Positions 41,240 through 49,649 of a stretch of 64,000 bases of DNA are shown piece by piece. Under the pieces are notes generated by a model. It saw only the letters and a program-made list of their open reading frames with translations, ran no database searches and had not been told where the DNA came from. Location of the stretch: positions 2,528,001-2,592,000 of the forward strand of contig OZ250165.1 in NCBI GenBank assembly GCA_965238005.1. The letters are read 5' to 3'. Position 1 is the stretch's first letter; every line of letters begins with the position of its first letter. Origin of the DNA: Longimicrobiales bacterium (GTDB taxonomy: Bacteria > Gemmatimonadota > Gemmatimonadetes > Longimicrobiales > Gaopeijiaceae). The translations under genes and the position numbers were made by a program.

Positions 41240-42298
41240 ATGCGCACTGACAAGACCGACCTACTCGGCCTCACTCCCCAAGATCTCGAGGTGGTCCTCG
41301 AGGCCCATTTCGGCTCCCGCGGCCAGCCGGGGTACCGAGTGGAGCAGGTGAGGCACTGGATCTTCGAGGAGTGCGTCGAGAGCATCGAGGGCATGACCAA
41401 TTTGCCGGCGGAGGAGCGTACCGCCCTCGCGTCGACGTTCGTCCTGGGCGAGGCCGTGGCGGAAACCATCTCCCACTCCACCGACGGTACGGTCAAACAC
41501 CTCTGGAAGCTCGCAGACGGGGAGCTCGTGGAATCGGTTCTGATCCCCGCCACCGATCGGCTGACCCTCTGCATCTCGTCGCAGGCCGGCTGCGCAATGG
41601 GGTGCACCTTCTGTGCCACCGGGTGGGCCGGATTCCGGCGCCAGCTGACCGCCGGTGAGATCGTCTCCCAGTACAGGGCGTCTCGCAGGTGGGCCCTGGA
41701 GAACGACTACGGCCGGATATCGAACGTCGTCTACATGGGGATGGGCGAGCCCATGAGCAACAGGAAGGCCCTCCACCCCTCCTTGACGATCCTCAACCAG
41801 GGGTACGGCCTGGGCGCCCGCCGCATCACGGTGTCCACCGTCGGGGTCGTGCCCAGGATCCTCGAGCTCGCCGAGCGGGAAGAGCAGTTTCGCCTGGCCG
41901 TCTCCCTCCACTCTCCGGAGTCGGAGTCACGCCGGGAGCTCATCCCGCTGGAGAGGCGGTACCCTCTGCCGGAGCTGATCGGGGCACTCCGCCGCTTCGA
42001 GGAAGGCGGAGGGCGCCGGATCACCTTCGAATACGCCATGATTCGAGGGGTGAACGACGCCCCGGCCCTCGCTCCGAAGCTCGCCGAGCTCGCGTCTTCC
42101 CTCGATGCCTTCGTGAACCTCATCCCCTTCAACCCCATCCCCTACCAGGATTGGAAGGCGAGCACCGGCCAGCGGATCGAGGAGTTCCGGTCGGTTCTCG
42201 AGGAGCGGGGGGTGTCCGTAGCCGTTCGGGTGCCGAGGGGGCGCGACATCGACGCTGCGTGTGGGCAACTGCGTGCAAGCGCCCTGGAAGGCTGTTGA
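41240..42298 (+). CDS. rlmN: 23S rRNA m2A2503 / tRNA methyltransferase RlmN (radical SAM)
   Basis: CISSQAGCAMGCTFCATG, MGMGEP, LAVSLH, DIDAACGQL. Confidence 0.96.
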   Translation: MRTDKTDLLGLTPQDLEVVLEAHFGSRGQPGYRVEQVRHWIFEECVESIEGMTNLPAEERTALASTFVLGEAVAETISHSTDGTVKHLWKLADGELVESVLIPATDRLTLCISSQAGCAMGCTFCATGWAGFRRQLTAGEIVSQYRASRRWALENDYGRISNVVYMGMGEPMSNRKALHPSLTILNQGYGLGARRITVSTVGVVPRILELAEREEQFRLAVSLHSPESESRRELIPLERRYPLPELIGALRRFEEGGGRRITFEYAMIRGVNDAPALAPKLAELASSLDAFVNLIPFNPIPYQDWKASTGQRIEEFRSVLEERGVSVAVRVPRGRDIDAACGQLRASALEGC

Positions 42299-42309
42299 GG
42301 AAGTCCACC

Positions 42310-43080
42310 TCAACGAATGCGGGAGAGGAGTCGGCTCCCCCGGACCTCTCGAATCCAGGGAAAGGGTCTCAATGAGCCTTTGTTGTACGAGAAGTAGATG
42401 AACGAAGCCCGCCCCTCGAGACGCCACCCCTCCAGGAGGCCCCAGTACCGCGAGTCGAGGCTGGTGTCGCGATTGTCCCCCAGCATCAAGTAGCGATCCC
42501 CTGGAATCACCAGCGGGCCCCAGTTGTCGCGGGTCGGGCGATATGTGGGGCGGTCCACGGTGTCCACGAGGTACTGTGCCTGCCAGGCCATCCACGGATG
42601 GGGGAGGTCGCCCTCGGGGTCCACGTGCTTCACGTAGGGCTCGTCCTGCGCCTCGCCGTTGATCGTCAGCTCGCCCTCACGCATCTCGACCGTATCACCC
42701 GGCATGCCGATGAGCCGCTTGACGAGCTTGAGATCGGGCTCGTGCGGTGGATCGAAGACGATGACGTCACCCCTCCGCACTGCCGAGTATCCGGGAATGT
42801 GCAGCCGGGTCCCCGGAATCCGTGCACCGATGGCCGCCCGATTCGCAAGGAGGAAGTCGCCGACCAGCAGGGCGCCCTCCATGGATCCCGAGGTGATGAC
42901 GAAGGTCTGGAGAAGAAAGGTCCTGATCAGGATGAAGAGCACAAAGGCAATGAGCAGCGACTTGCTCCACTCGACGACAGCGTTCTCCTTCGCGTCGCCC
43001 TTGTCCGACTTGGCGGGATCGGGGCTTTCGCCTCCTGAACGTGTCCTGCTGTCGCTCTTGCGCCGACTCTTCTTGGCCAT
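42310..43080 (-). CDS. lepB: Signal peptidase I
   Basis: ITSGSME, LVKRLIGMPGD, GDNRDTSLDSRYWG. Confidence 0.95.
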   Translation of the reverse strand: MAKKSRRKSDSRTRSGGESPDPAKSDKGDAKENAVVEWSKSLLIAFVLFILIRTFLLQTFVITSGSMEGALLVGDFLLANRAAIGARIPGTRLHIPGYSAVRRGDVIVFDPPHEPDLKLVKRLIGMPGDTVEMREGELTINGEAQDEPYVKHVDPEGDLPHPWMAWQAQYLVDTVDRPTYRPTRDNWGPLVIPGDRYLMLGDNRDTSLDSRYWGLLEGWRLEGRASFIYFSYNKGSLRPFPWIREVRGSRLLSRIR

Positions 43081-43103
43081 ACTAGCCCGGATCAGCCCCT
43101 CGA

Positions 43104-43595
43104 TCAGCGGAGATGCTTGCGAAGGTCCCACCACGGGACCTCGTCGCCGGGAGCGTCCTCGCTCTCAGGTATCTCCGGTGTCCAGTCCCTGCCAAGCAAT
43201 ACGGTCACGTCGAGATAAAGGTTCGAATCCGGCTCGCTCAGAATCGATGTCGCACCCAGCACCTCACCCACCGCCCGAGCCGCTTCGAACCGGCCGGATC
43301 GGTCCAGCACCATCGTGGAGTCCTGGCCGAAGGCCTCGGCGTTTCCGAAATAGACCACATCGAAGCCCTGATCCCGGAGGCGATCGGTGGCCAGGCGGGC
43401 CATCCCGGCCTCGCCACCCGCGTTGAGGACCTCCACACGAACGCGTCCCATCGTGTTCGTCGTCGGATTCCGTGGTGGGGCCACGGACCGCTCCTGCTCG
43501 GGGAGCGGCTTCCACTGGGATATGGCCGAACCGATGAAGACCCCCGTCGCAAGGACGACGCCCAGGAGCATCAGACCTCGGACGCGCTCGCCCAT
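43104..43595 (-). CDS. LytR C-terminal domain protein
   Basis: TM helix then VEVLNAGG..GMA...LR.QGF...GNA...DVTVLLGRD. Confidence 0.88.
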   Translation of the reverse strand: MGERVRGLMLLGVVLATGVFIGSAISQWKPLPEQERSVAPPRNPTTNTMGRVRVEVLNAGGEAGMARLATDRLRDQGFDVVYFGNAEAFGQDSTMVLDRSGRFEAARAVGEVLGATSILSEPDSNLYLDVTVLLGRDWTPEIPESEDAPGDEVPWWDLRKHLR

Positions 43596-44185
43596 GCCTG
43601 CCCTTTCGCCATGACGTTCCAGAACCCCATCGTTTCAGGTTGAACTGGTCTTTCTCGGTCCAGGAGATGCCGGATGCGCAGCCTGAGGATCGCCAGAACG
43701 ACGGCCTCCAGATCCTCCGGCATGCGTCTCCTCATCTCCCGACGCCACTTCGGACGGAACCTTCTGCCTGGCTCCAGGAAGTCTGCGGCGTAGAGCGCCC
43801 TGCCCAGGTCCTCGAACTGGGGACTGCCCAGGGTGTGGAATGCCACAGCCGTCAGGAGGGGCTCGTCCGTCACCCCTCCCTCGCGAAGCCTTGCCGCCGC
43901 AGCTGGTCCATGGAGAACGGCGTCGGGCAGATCGGCCAGGGGCCCGGTCACCACCCGACGGAGCTCCTTGGGCTTCGCGTCTCGCATCATGTCATGAAGA
44001 TAACCCAGAGCCGTCCAGCGCTGGATATCACGGCGCGACTCACCGCGAGCCTTGCTCCACTTCTTCAGGAGCTTGGCCACCTGGGCCATGTGCTCCCGCC
44101 GCTTCGTTCCGGCGACGGCCCACTTCGGCAGCTCTCCATCAGCCGCCGCCACTACCCAGGGGTGGAGCTTCGAGCCTCCGCTCAT
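43571..44185 (-). CDS. YqeK-like HD hydrolase (Ap4A hydrolase family)
   Basis: REH...VA, LHD, LHGP, FHT.G, LYAADFLEPGR. Confidence 0.78.
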   Translation of the reverse strand: MSGGSKLHPWVVAAADGELPKWAVAGTKRREHMAQVAKLLKKWSKARGESRRDIQRWTALGYLHDMMRDAKPKELRRVVTGPLADLPDAVLHGPAAAARLREGGVTDEPLLTAVAFHTLGSPQFEDLGRALYAADFLEPGRRFRPKWRREMRRRMPEDLEAVVLAILRLRIRHLLDRERPVQPETMGFWNVMAKGQAWASASEV

Positions 44186-45585
44186 AACGCCGCGCGGGCT
44201 TGATACGGAACGCATTCGCAGGACACGAAAAGTATGCGCTCATCCTGGATCGGGAGGCTCGTCCGAAGGCTGTCGGCGGCAACCTAGTGGCGCGTCCGGA
44301 AATCGGCTAGGCCCTCTCCCAATACCTGCTATCTTCACGCCATGACCATGCGATGGGACCCGGTCCTCACGGCCGCGGTGGCGCGGGAGTTGGGTGACGC
44401 GCTCTCCGGTGAGCGGCTCAAGGCGATCTTCGTCGACCGCGGCGCCGGCACTCTCCACGCGTATTTTCGGCAGACCACCCTTCTCGCGGATCTCAACCCG
44501 TCACGAGTCGGCCTCGAGATCCTGGCCGCAGCCGAGCCTCCCGACGGAGCCAGGACTTTTCCGTGCCGCCTCTCCACAGTGGAGTCGCTCGCCGATGAGC
44601 GTATCCTCGTGCTCGCTCTGCCGAGGGTGCGGGGGCGCGGAGGGGACGTCAGGATCGTTCTGGAGCTGGTGCCGAACCGGGGGAACGCCACAGTCGTGGA
44701 GGGTGACGCGTGGACCGTCAGACACGTTCTGACCAACCGGCGCGGGGCCCGGGCGCCCCAGGTTGGGCGGACCTACCCCATGCCCGACCCGACCCGCCGG
44801 GGATTGGAAAGACCCCTGAGCTTCGACGAGTGGCTCGATCTGCTGGGGCCCGAAGAGCCGGAGGCGCGCCGGGCTGTGCTCCTCCGCAACGTGGCGCTCA
44901 CGTCCCCAATTAACGCTCCAGCCCTGCTCGGGAAGACCGTGGCAGACGGCGACGGCGCTGACGAGGCCAAGCTCGCGTCGGGTCACGAGCTCTGGATGCG
45001 CCTTCGGGAGATCGCGCTCGGTCCGTCCTCGCCCGTGGTCGGTGGCGAGGCACACGTGACGGAATGTCCATGGGGACCGCAGCCTTACCCCGTCTGCCTC
45101 CCCGGATACCCATGCCGGGTATCGCCGTCCCTGTTGGACGCGATTCGTGAAGTCAGAAGCACTGCGGGCACCACACCTGGCCTGATCCCGTCCGGGCTGA
45201 CCGGGGCGCTGGAGGACGCCCTCTCCCTCGCGCGCAAACGGACCCGCAAGCTCCGGCGAGAGCTCGAGAGCACGCCCGAGCCCGAACTGCTCAGGGTGAA
45301 GGGCGACCTGATCCTTGCCCATCTCCAACGGGTGCCAAAGGGAGCCTCCGAGGTGGCGCTCCCCGGCTTCGACGGCGAGGAGGTGCCGATCATCCTGGAT
45401 CCGGCCCTCCCCCCGCAGAAGAACGCGGCCCGGTACTACGACCGGGCCGGGCGGGCCCGGCGGGCGAGAGGGCAGCTTCCCGACCTGATCCGAGAGGGAG
45501 AGGAGAGGGAGGCGACGTTGGCGGAGCTGGAGTTGACCCGCTTTGGTGGACACCTCAGTAGTGAGGGAGACAGGAGGAGTCCACG

Positions 45586-45900
45586 ATGCCAAGAACACAT
45601 GCGCCGTACCCGCCGGAGTTTCGGCGGCAGATGGTCGAGTTGGTCAGGTCGGGCCGCTCCGTGGAGGAGCTGGCCCGGGAGTTCGAGCCCTCAAACGGGG
45701 CGATACGGAACTGGGTCAAACAAGCTGACTTGGATGAAGGCCGTCGCAGTGACGGGCTGACGACGGAGGAGCGTGGGGAACTCAGGCAGCTTCGGCGTGA
45801 CAACAAGCGTCTGCGCATGGAGCAGGAGATTCTAAAAAAAGCCGCCGCCTGGTTTGCTCGGGAGAGCAACTCGATCCCGGAACGGGGTTCGAGTTCATGA
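45586..45900 (+). CDS. IS3 transposase OrfA (HTH)
   Basis: YPPEFRRQMVELV, IRNWVKQ, EQEILKKAAAWFA; A7G slippery site at 45834-45841. Confidence 0.93.
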   Translation: MPRTHAPYPPEFRRQMVELVRSGRSVEELAREFEPSNGAIRNWVKQADLDEGRRSDGLTTEERGELRQLRRDNKRLRMEQEILKKAAAWFARESNSIPERGSSS

Positions 45901-46748
45901 AGACGAATCAGGCCGACTTCCCTGTGCGGGCGATGTGCCGTGTGCTGGATCTCTCCCCCAGCGGCTACTACGCCTGGTTGGATCGCGAGCCTTCGGCTCG
46001 GGCGAAGCGAGATGAGGAGCTCACAGAGCGGATCGAGACGGTCTGGCGCGAGAACCGAAGGGTCTATGGCCGGCCCCGCATCTACGCGGACCTCAAGGAA
46101 GCTGGCGAGCGGGTCGGTGAGAAGCGGGTGGGCCGGCTCATGAAGCAGGCCGAGATTGTGGGAGCTAGCCGGAGGCGGCGCGGCCCGAAGACGACCAGGC
46201 GCAACGAGGACGCCCGTCCCGCGCCGGATCTCATCGAGCGGGACTTCAGCGCAGACGGGCCAGACCAGTTGTGGGTGGCCGACATCACCTACATCCCGAC
46301 CTGGGCGGGGTTCTTGTACCTCGCGGTTGTGCTCGACGTCTGGAGCAGGCGGGTGGTCGGGTGGTCGATGGCTACGCACCTGCGCACCGAGCTCGTCCTG
46401 GACGCGCTGAACATGGCGACCTGGCAGCGCCGGCCCGAATGCGTCATCCATCACAGTGATCAGGGAACCCAGTACACCTCGATCGCCTTCGGCCTACGCT
46501 GCAACGATGTCGGTGTGCGGCCCTCGATGGGCTCCGTGGGCGACGCCTACGACAACGCGATGTGCGAGAGCTTCTTCGCGACGCTCGAGTGCGAGCTACT
46601 CGACCGGCAGCGCTTCCGGACCCAGGCCGAGGCGAAGATGGCCGTGTTCGACTTCATCGAGGGCTTCTACAACCCCCGGAGGCGACACTCGGCACTGGGT
46701 CAGCTGTCGCCCATCAACTTCGAGCGTCGCCACGGAGCGGCAGCATGA
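45897..46748 (+). CDS. IS3 transposase OrfB (DDE integrase core)
   Basis: WVADITYI, HHSDQGTQY, DNAMCESFFATLECE, YNPRRRHS. Confidence 0.95.
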   Translation: MKTNQADFPVRAMCRVLDLSPSGYYAWLDREPSARAKRDEELTERIETVWRENRRVYGRPRIYADLKEAGERVGEKRVGRLMKQAEIVGASRRRRGPKTTRRNEDARPAPDLIERDFSADGPDQLWVADITYIPTWAGFLYLAVVLDVWSRRVVGWSMATHLRTELVLDALNMATWQRRPECVIHHSDQGTQYTSIAFGLRCNDVGVRPSMGSVGDAYDNAMCESFFATLECELLDRQRFRTQAEAKMAVFDFIEGFYNPRRRHSALGQLSPINFERRHGAAA

Positions 46749-47402
46749 GAAACCTGCGTGGCCAAGTTGCCCTTTACTCCCCCGCTGCGCGGGGGAAGCT
46801 TTCCTCTCCCCAGCGAGGGGGACAGACTATAAACCTCAGTGTTCACCCGTCCACTGAAACGGGACAGCTCCAAGCTCATGGATCGAGTGGAGGCCAGAGA
46901 GGCTACCGCAGAAGAGATCCGTAACGTCCTGCTGGAGAGAGAGCTACGGGCTCGGACACCCCAGGGAGGGGCCGTCCCCGCCCTTCCCTACCGCGTCTAC
47001 CGGACGTCGGGAGGGTTGGAAGTCCGAGTCGGACGGGGATCGGCCTCCAACGACGATCTGACCTTCAGGCACTCCAGGCCCGACGACATCTGGCTCCACG
47101 CCCGCGACTCGGCCGGAGCTCACGTCATTCTGAGATGGGACGGAAAAGGCGCGCCGCCTGCCCGTGATCTTCACGCGGCGGCGGTGCCGGCGGCGGTGAA
47201 TTCGAAGGCCAGGACCTCGGGGAGCGTGCCGGTGGATTGGACGCACTGGAAGCACGTCCGAAAGCCCAGGAAGTCTCCGCCGGGGACGGTGGTCCCGGAC
47301 CGCGTGAAGACCCTCTTCGTGGAGCCCGACCTGACACTTCCCGACCGGCTCAGGGAAGGGTAGCCTCGTCAACCGGCTCGGGCAGGGGCTTCTCAGGGCG
47401 GC

Positions 47403-48215
47403 TCAGAGAGTGGCTTCGGAGCCTGCGTCCATGGCCCTGCGAAGCGACGCCAGGAAGGTGCTGGCCTCGGCGGGGCCCCCCCGGTCCAGCGCTTTGATCA
47501 GGGCGCTCCCCACCACGACGCCGTCTGCCACACCGGCCACCAGCGCCGCCTGCTCTGGCGTGGAGATACCGAAGCCCACGGCCACGGGCAGGTCCACCTC
47601 ACGCCGGAGGCTTCGAACCTCGGCGGCCAGGCCCTCGCTCAAGGTCTCTCGGGCGCCCGTCACTCCGGTCCGGGAGATGTAGTAGAGGAACCCCTGGCCG
47701 CTCTCGGCCACCACGGGAATGCGGTCGGGCTCGGTGGTGGGGGCGATGAGCCGGATCAGGTCCAGCGGCGAGTCGAGAATGGCCTCTTCCACCACGGGAT
47801 CGGCACCCGTGGGCACGTCCGTGAGAAGGATCCCCTGTGCCCCCGCCTCCACCGCATCCTCGAGGAAGGACTCCAGGCCGTACTGGAGTAGCGGGTTCAC
47901 GTAGCTGAAGAGCACGATGGGCGCGTCGGAGACGCCCCGGAATGCAGTGAGGACCTCGAGGGCACCCGCCACGGTCATGCCCCCCTCGAGAGCCTTGTGA
48001 GTGGACTCCTGGATGGTGGGCCCATCTGCCAGGGGGTCGCTGAAGGGGATTCCCAGCTCCAAAATGTCCCCGCCGGCCTCGGCGATGGCCGAGAGCACTT
48101 CCACACTGGCTTCCGACGAGGGGAAGCCGCACGTCACGTACGGCACCAGAGCGCTACGCCCTTCGCCCTGCCGCTCCGCGAACCGCTGTGAGACCCCCAC
48201 CCCTCCCGGGCTCAA
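47403..48215 (-). CDS. trpA: Tryptophan synthase alpha chain
   Basis: LELGIPFSDPLADGPTIQ, YISRTGVTG, VGFGIS, GVVVGSA. Start uncertain (48215 or 48194). Confidence 0.96.
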   Translation of the reverse strand: MSPGGVGVSQRFAERQGEGRSALVPYVTCGFPSSEASVEVLSAIAEAGGDILELGIPFSDPLADGPTIQESTHKALEGGMTVAGALEVLTAFRGVSDAPIVLFSYVNPLLQYGLESFLEDAVEAGAQGILLTDVPTGADPVVEEAILDSPLDLIRLIAPTTEPDRIPVVAESGQGFLYYISRTGVTGARETLSEGLAAEVRSLRREVDLPVAVGFGISTPEQAALVAGVADGVVVGSALIKALDRGGPAEASTFLASLRRAMDAGSEATL

Positions 48216-48239
48216 CGACCTCGCCCCGGAGTCTGACGA

Positions 48240-49649
48240 TCACATGATATAGTCGCTGACACGGATCCCGTACTTCTGGGCATTGGTGGTCTTGATGATG
48301 ACACGGCCATCGAGCGAGAGATCCACCTGCAGGGGCTCGGTAAGCGGAACGCCCATCTCGTCGGAGATGATCTTGACCATGGGCTGGTGGAGGTGGGCGA
48401 CGTCGGGGTTGGTCTTGGAGACGACCGCCAGCTCCAAGGTGTCGAGGATGACGAGGGTGCCCACCGGATAAACCCCGGTGGCGTTGATGAACGTCTTTAC
48501 GATCAGCTGATCGAAGCCGCGACGGGGGTTGTCCCGCATCTCCTTGAGGACCTCGTCAGGCGGCCAGGGCTCATACTGGTAGCTCCGCACCGACGTCCCC
48601 GCGTCGAACCCATCGGCCACGGCCACGATGCGCGAGAAGAGGCCCGGGTTCCGAGGGCGTGTATTCTCGGGGTACCCGCTCAGGTCGATCTTCATGTGAT
48701 GCTCGTAGGCCATGAGCATCTGGCGGTACGGCACGTCGGCGAAGCCGTGCATCTCGAAGAGGAGGATGAGCCCCTCCGTGGGATGCTCCTTCATAGCCTC
48801 CCACTCTTCGTCGGTGAGCCCGCCGGCTTTGTTGATGACCTCCCTGTCGATGCTCATCTTGCCGATGTCGTGAAAGAGCGCGCCGAGGCCGAGCTCGTAG
48901 AGCTGGATCTTGGTGAGGCCCAGCCGCTGCCCGATGACCACGCTGAATATGCAGACGTTCACCGAGTGGGTGAACGTGTACTCGTCGAAGCCACGCAGGG
49001 TCGTCATGGTCACCATGGACGACTCATTGTCCAGCACCTGATCCACGATTCCCTGCACCGCCTTCTTGACCTTCCGGACGTTCACGGCCTTGCCGAGACG
49101 CATGTCGGTGAGCACGTCCTTGGCGACCTTGATCGACTGGGCATAGGTCCCCTTGGCAGCCGCCATAGCGTCTCGCTCAATCAGCTCCGGCGCCCGGGCC
49201 TCCGATTCGGGTTGGACCTGGATGTGCTCCACGGGCGTGTGTGAAAGGCGCTCGACGAACGCCTGGAAGGGCTCTGCTTCCCTGGGATCCCGGAGGAGGA
49301 CGGAGATGAAGGGTGCCCACTCGGACCGCTCCACGTTGGCGTCGATGGCAACCTGGCCGATCCCATGCCCGGTCAGGGCCGATGAGAGGCTCCCGAAGGT
49401 GGAGAAGTTCGAGAGGTCGAGGCGGAGCCTCGTCTCGTTCATGAAGAAGAAGTCACCCACCAGTTGGAGCTCGAGTCCGCCCTCGTGCTTGAAGAACTCG
49501 ATCATCTGCCCGTGGAGGTGGTCGATGGCCTTCTGGACCTGCTGGTTCTGCAACGGATAGAGCTTCAGGGATCGGAGGGCCACGTAGAACGCCGTGAGGA
49601 GCCGACTTCCGAGCTCCTGGACGACTCCGGCATCGTCGAGCGGGCTCAC
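48240..49649 (-). CDS. HD-GYP domain protein (putative cyclic-dinucleotide phosphodiesterase)
   Basis: DEYTFTHSVNV, LFHDIGK, EHPTEG, HHMKIDLSGYP, RIVAVAD.FDA.TS.R.Y and C-terminal GVYPVGTLV. Confidence 0.9.
   Translation of the reverse strand: MSPLDDAGVVQELGSRLLTAFYVALRSLKLYPLQNQQVQKAIDHLHGQMIEFFKHEGGLELQLVGDFFFMNETRLRLDLSNFSTFGSLSSALTGHGIGQVAIDANVERSEWAPFISVLLRDPREAEPFQAFVERLSHTPVEHIQVQPESEARAPELIERDAMAAAKGTYAQSIKVAKDVLTDMRLGKAVNVRKVKKAVQGIVDQVLDNESSMVTMTTLRGFDEYTFTHSVNVCIFSVVIGQRLGLTKIQLYELGLGALFHDIGKMSIDREVINKAGGLTDEEWEAMKEHPTEGLILLFEMHGFADVPYRQMLMAYEHHMKIDLSGYPENTRPRNPGLFSRIVAVADGFDAGTSVRSYQYEPWPPDEVLKEMRDNPRRGFDQLIVKTFINATGVYPVGTLVILDTLELAVVSKTNPDVAHLHQPMVKIISDEMGVPLTEPLQVDLSLDGRVIIKTTNAQKYGIRVSDYIM

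Larger units (their letters stand above)
45528..46872 (+). mobile_element. IS3-family insertion sequence, 1345 bp, 3-bp target duplication AGC
   Basis: Left end TGGAGTTGACCCGCTTTGGTGGAC and right end GTCCACTGAAACGGGACAGCTCCA are imperfect inverted repeats with TG...CA termini; AGC at 45525-45527 and 46873-46875. Confidence 0.95.
44342..47363 (+). pseudogene. rqcH: NFACT/RqcH (Rqc2, FbpA-like) ribosome quality-control factor interrupted by IS3
   Basis: 5' part with LDP..PPQKNAARYY.RA; 3' NFACT-R domain VGRGSASNDDLTF...DIWLHARDSAGAHVIL. Removing the IS and one AGC copy restores a 557-aa frame. Confidence 0.88.

Noticed and set aside
44342..45760. 472-aa ORF as a complete gene
   Set aside because: It is the rqcH 5' part reading into the IS3 left end.
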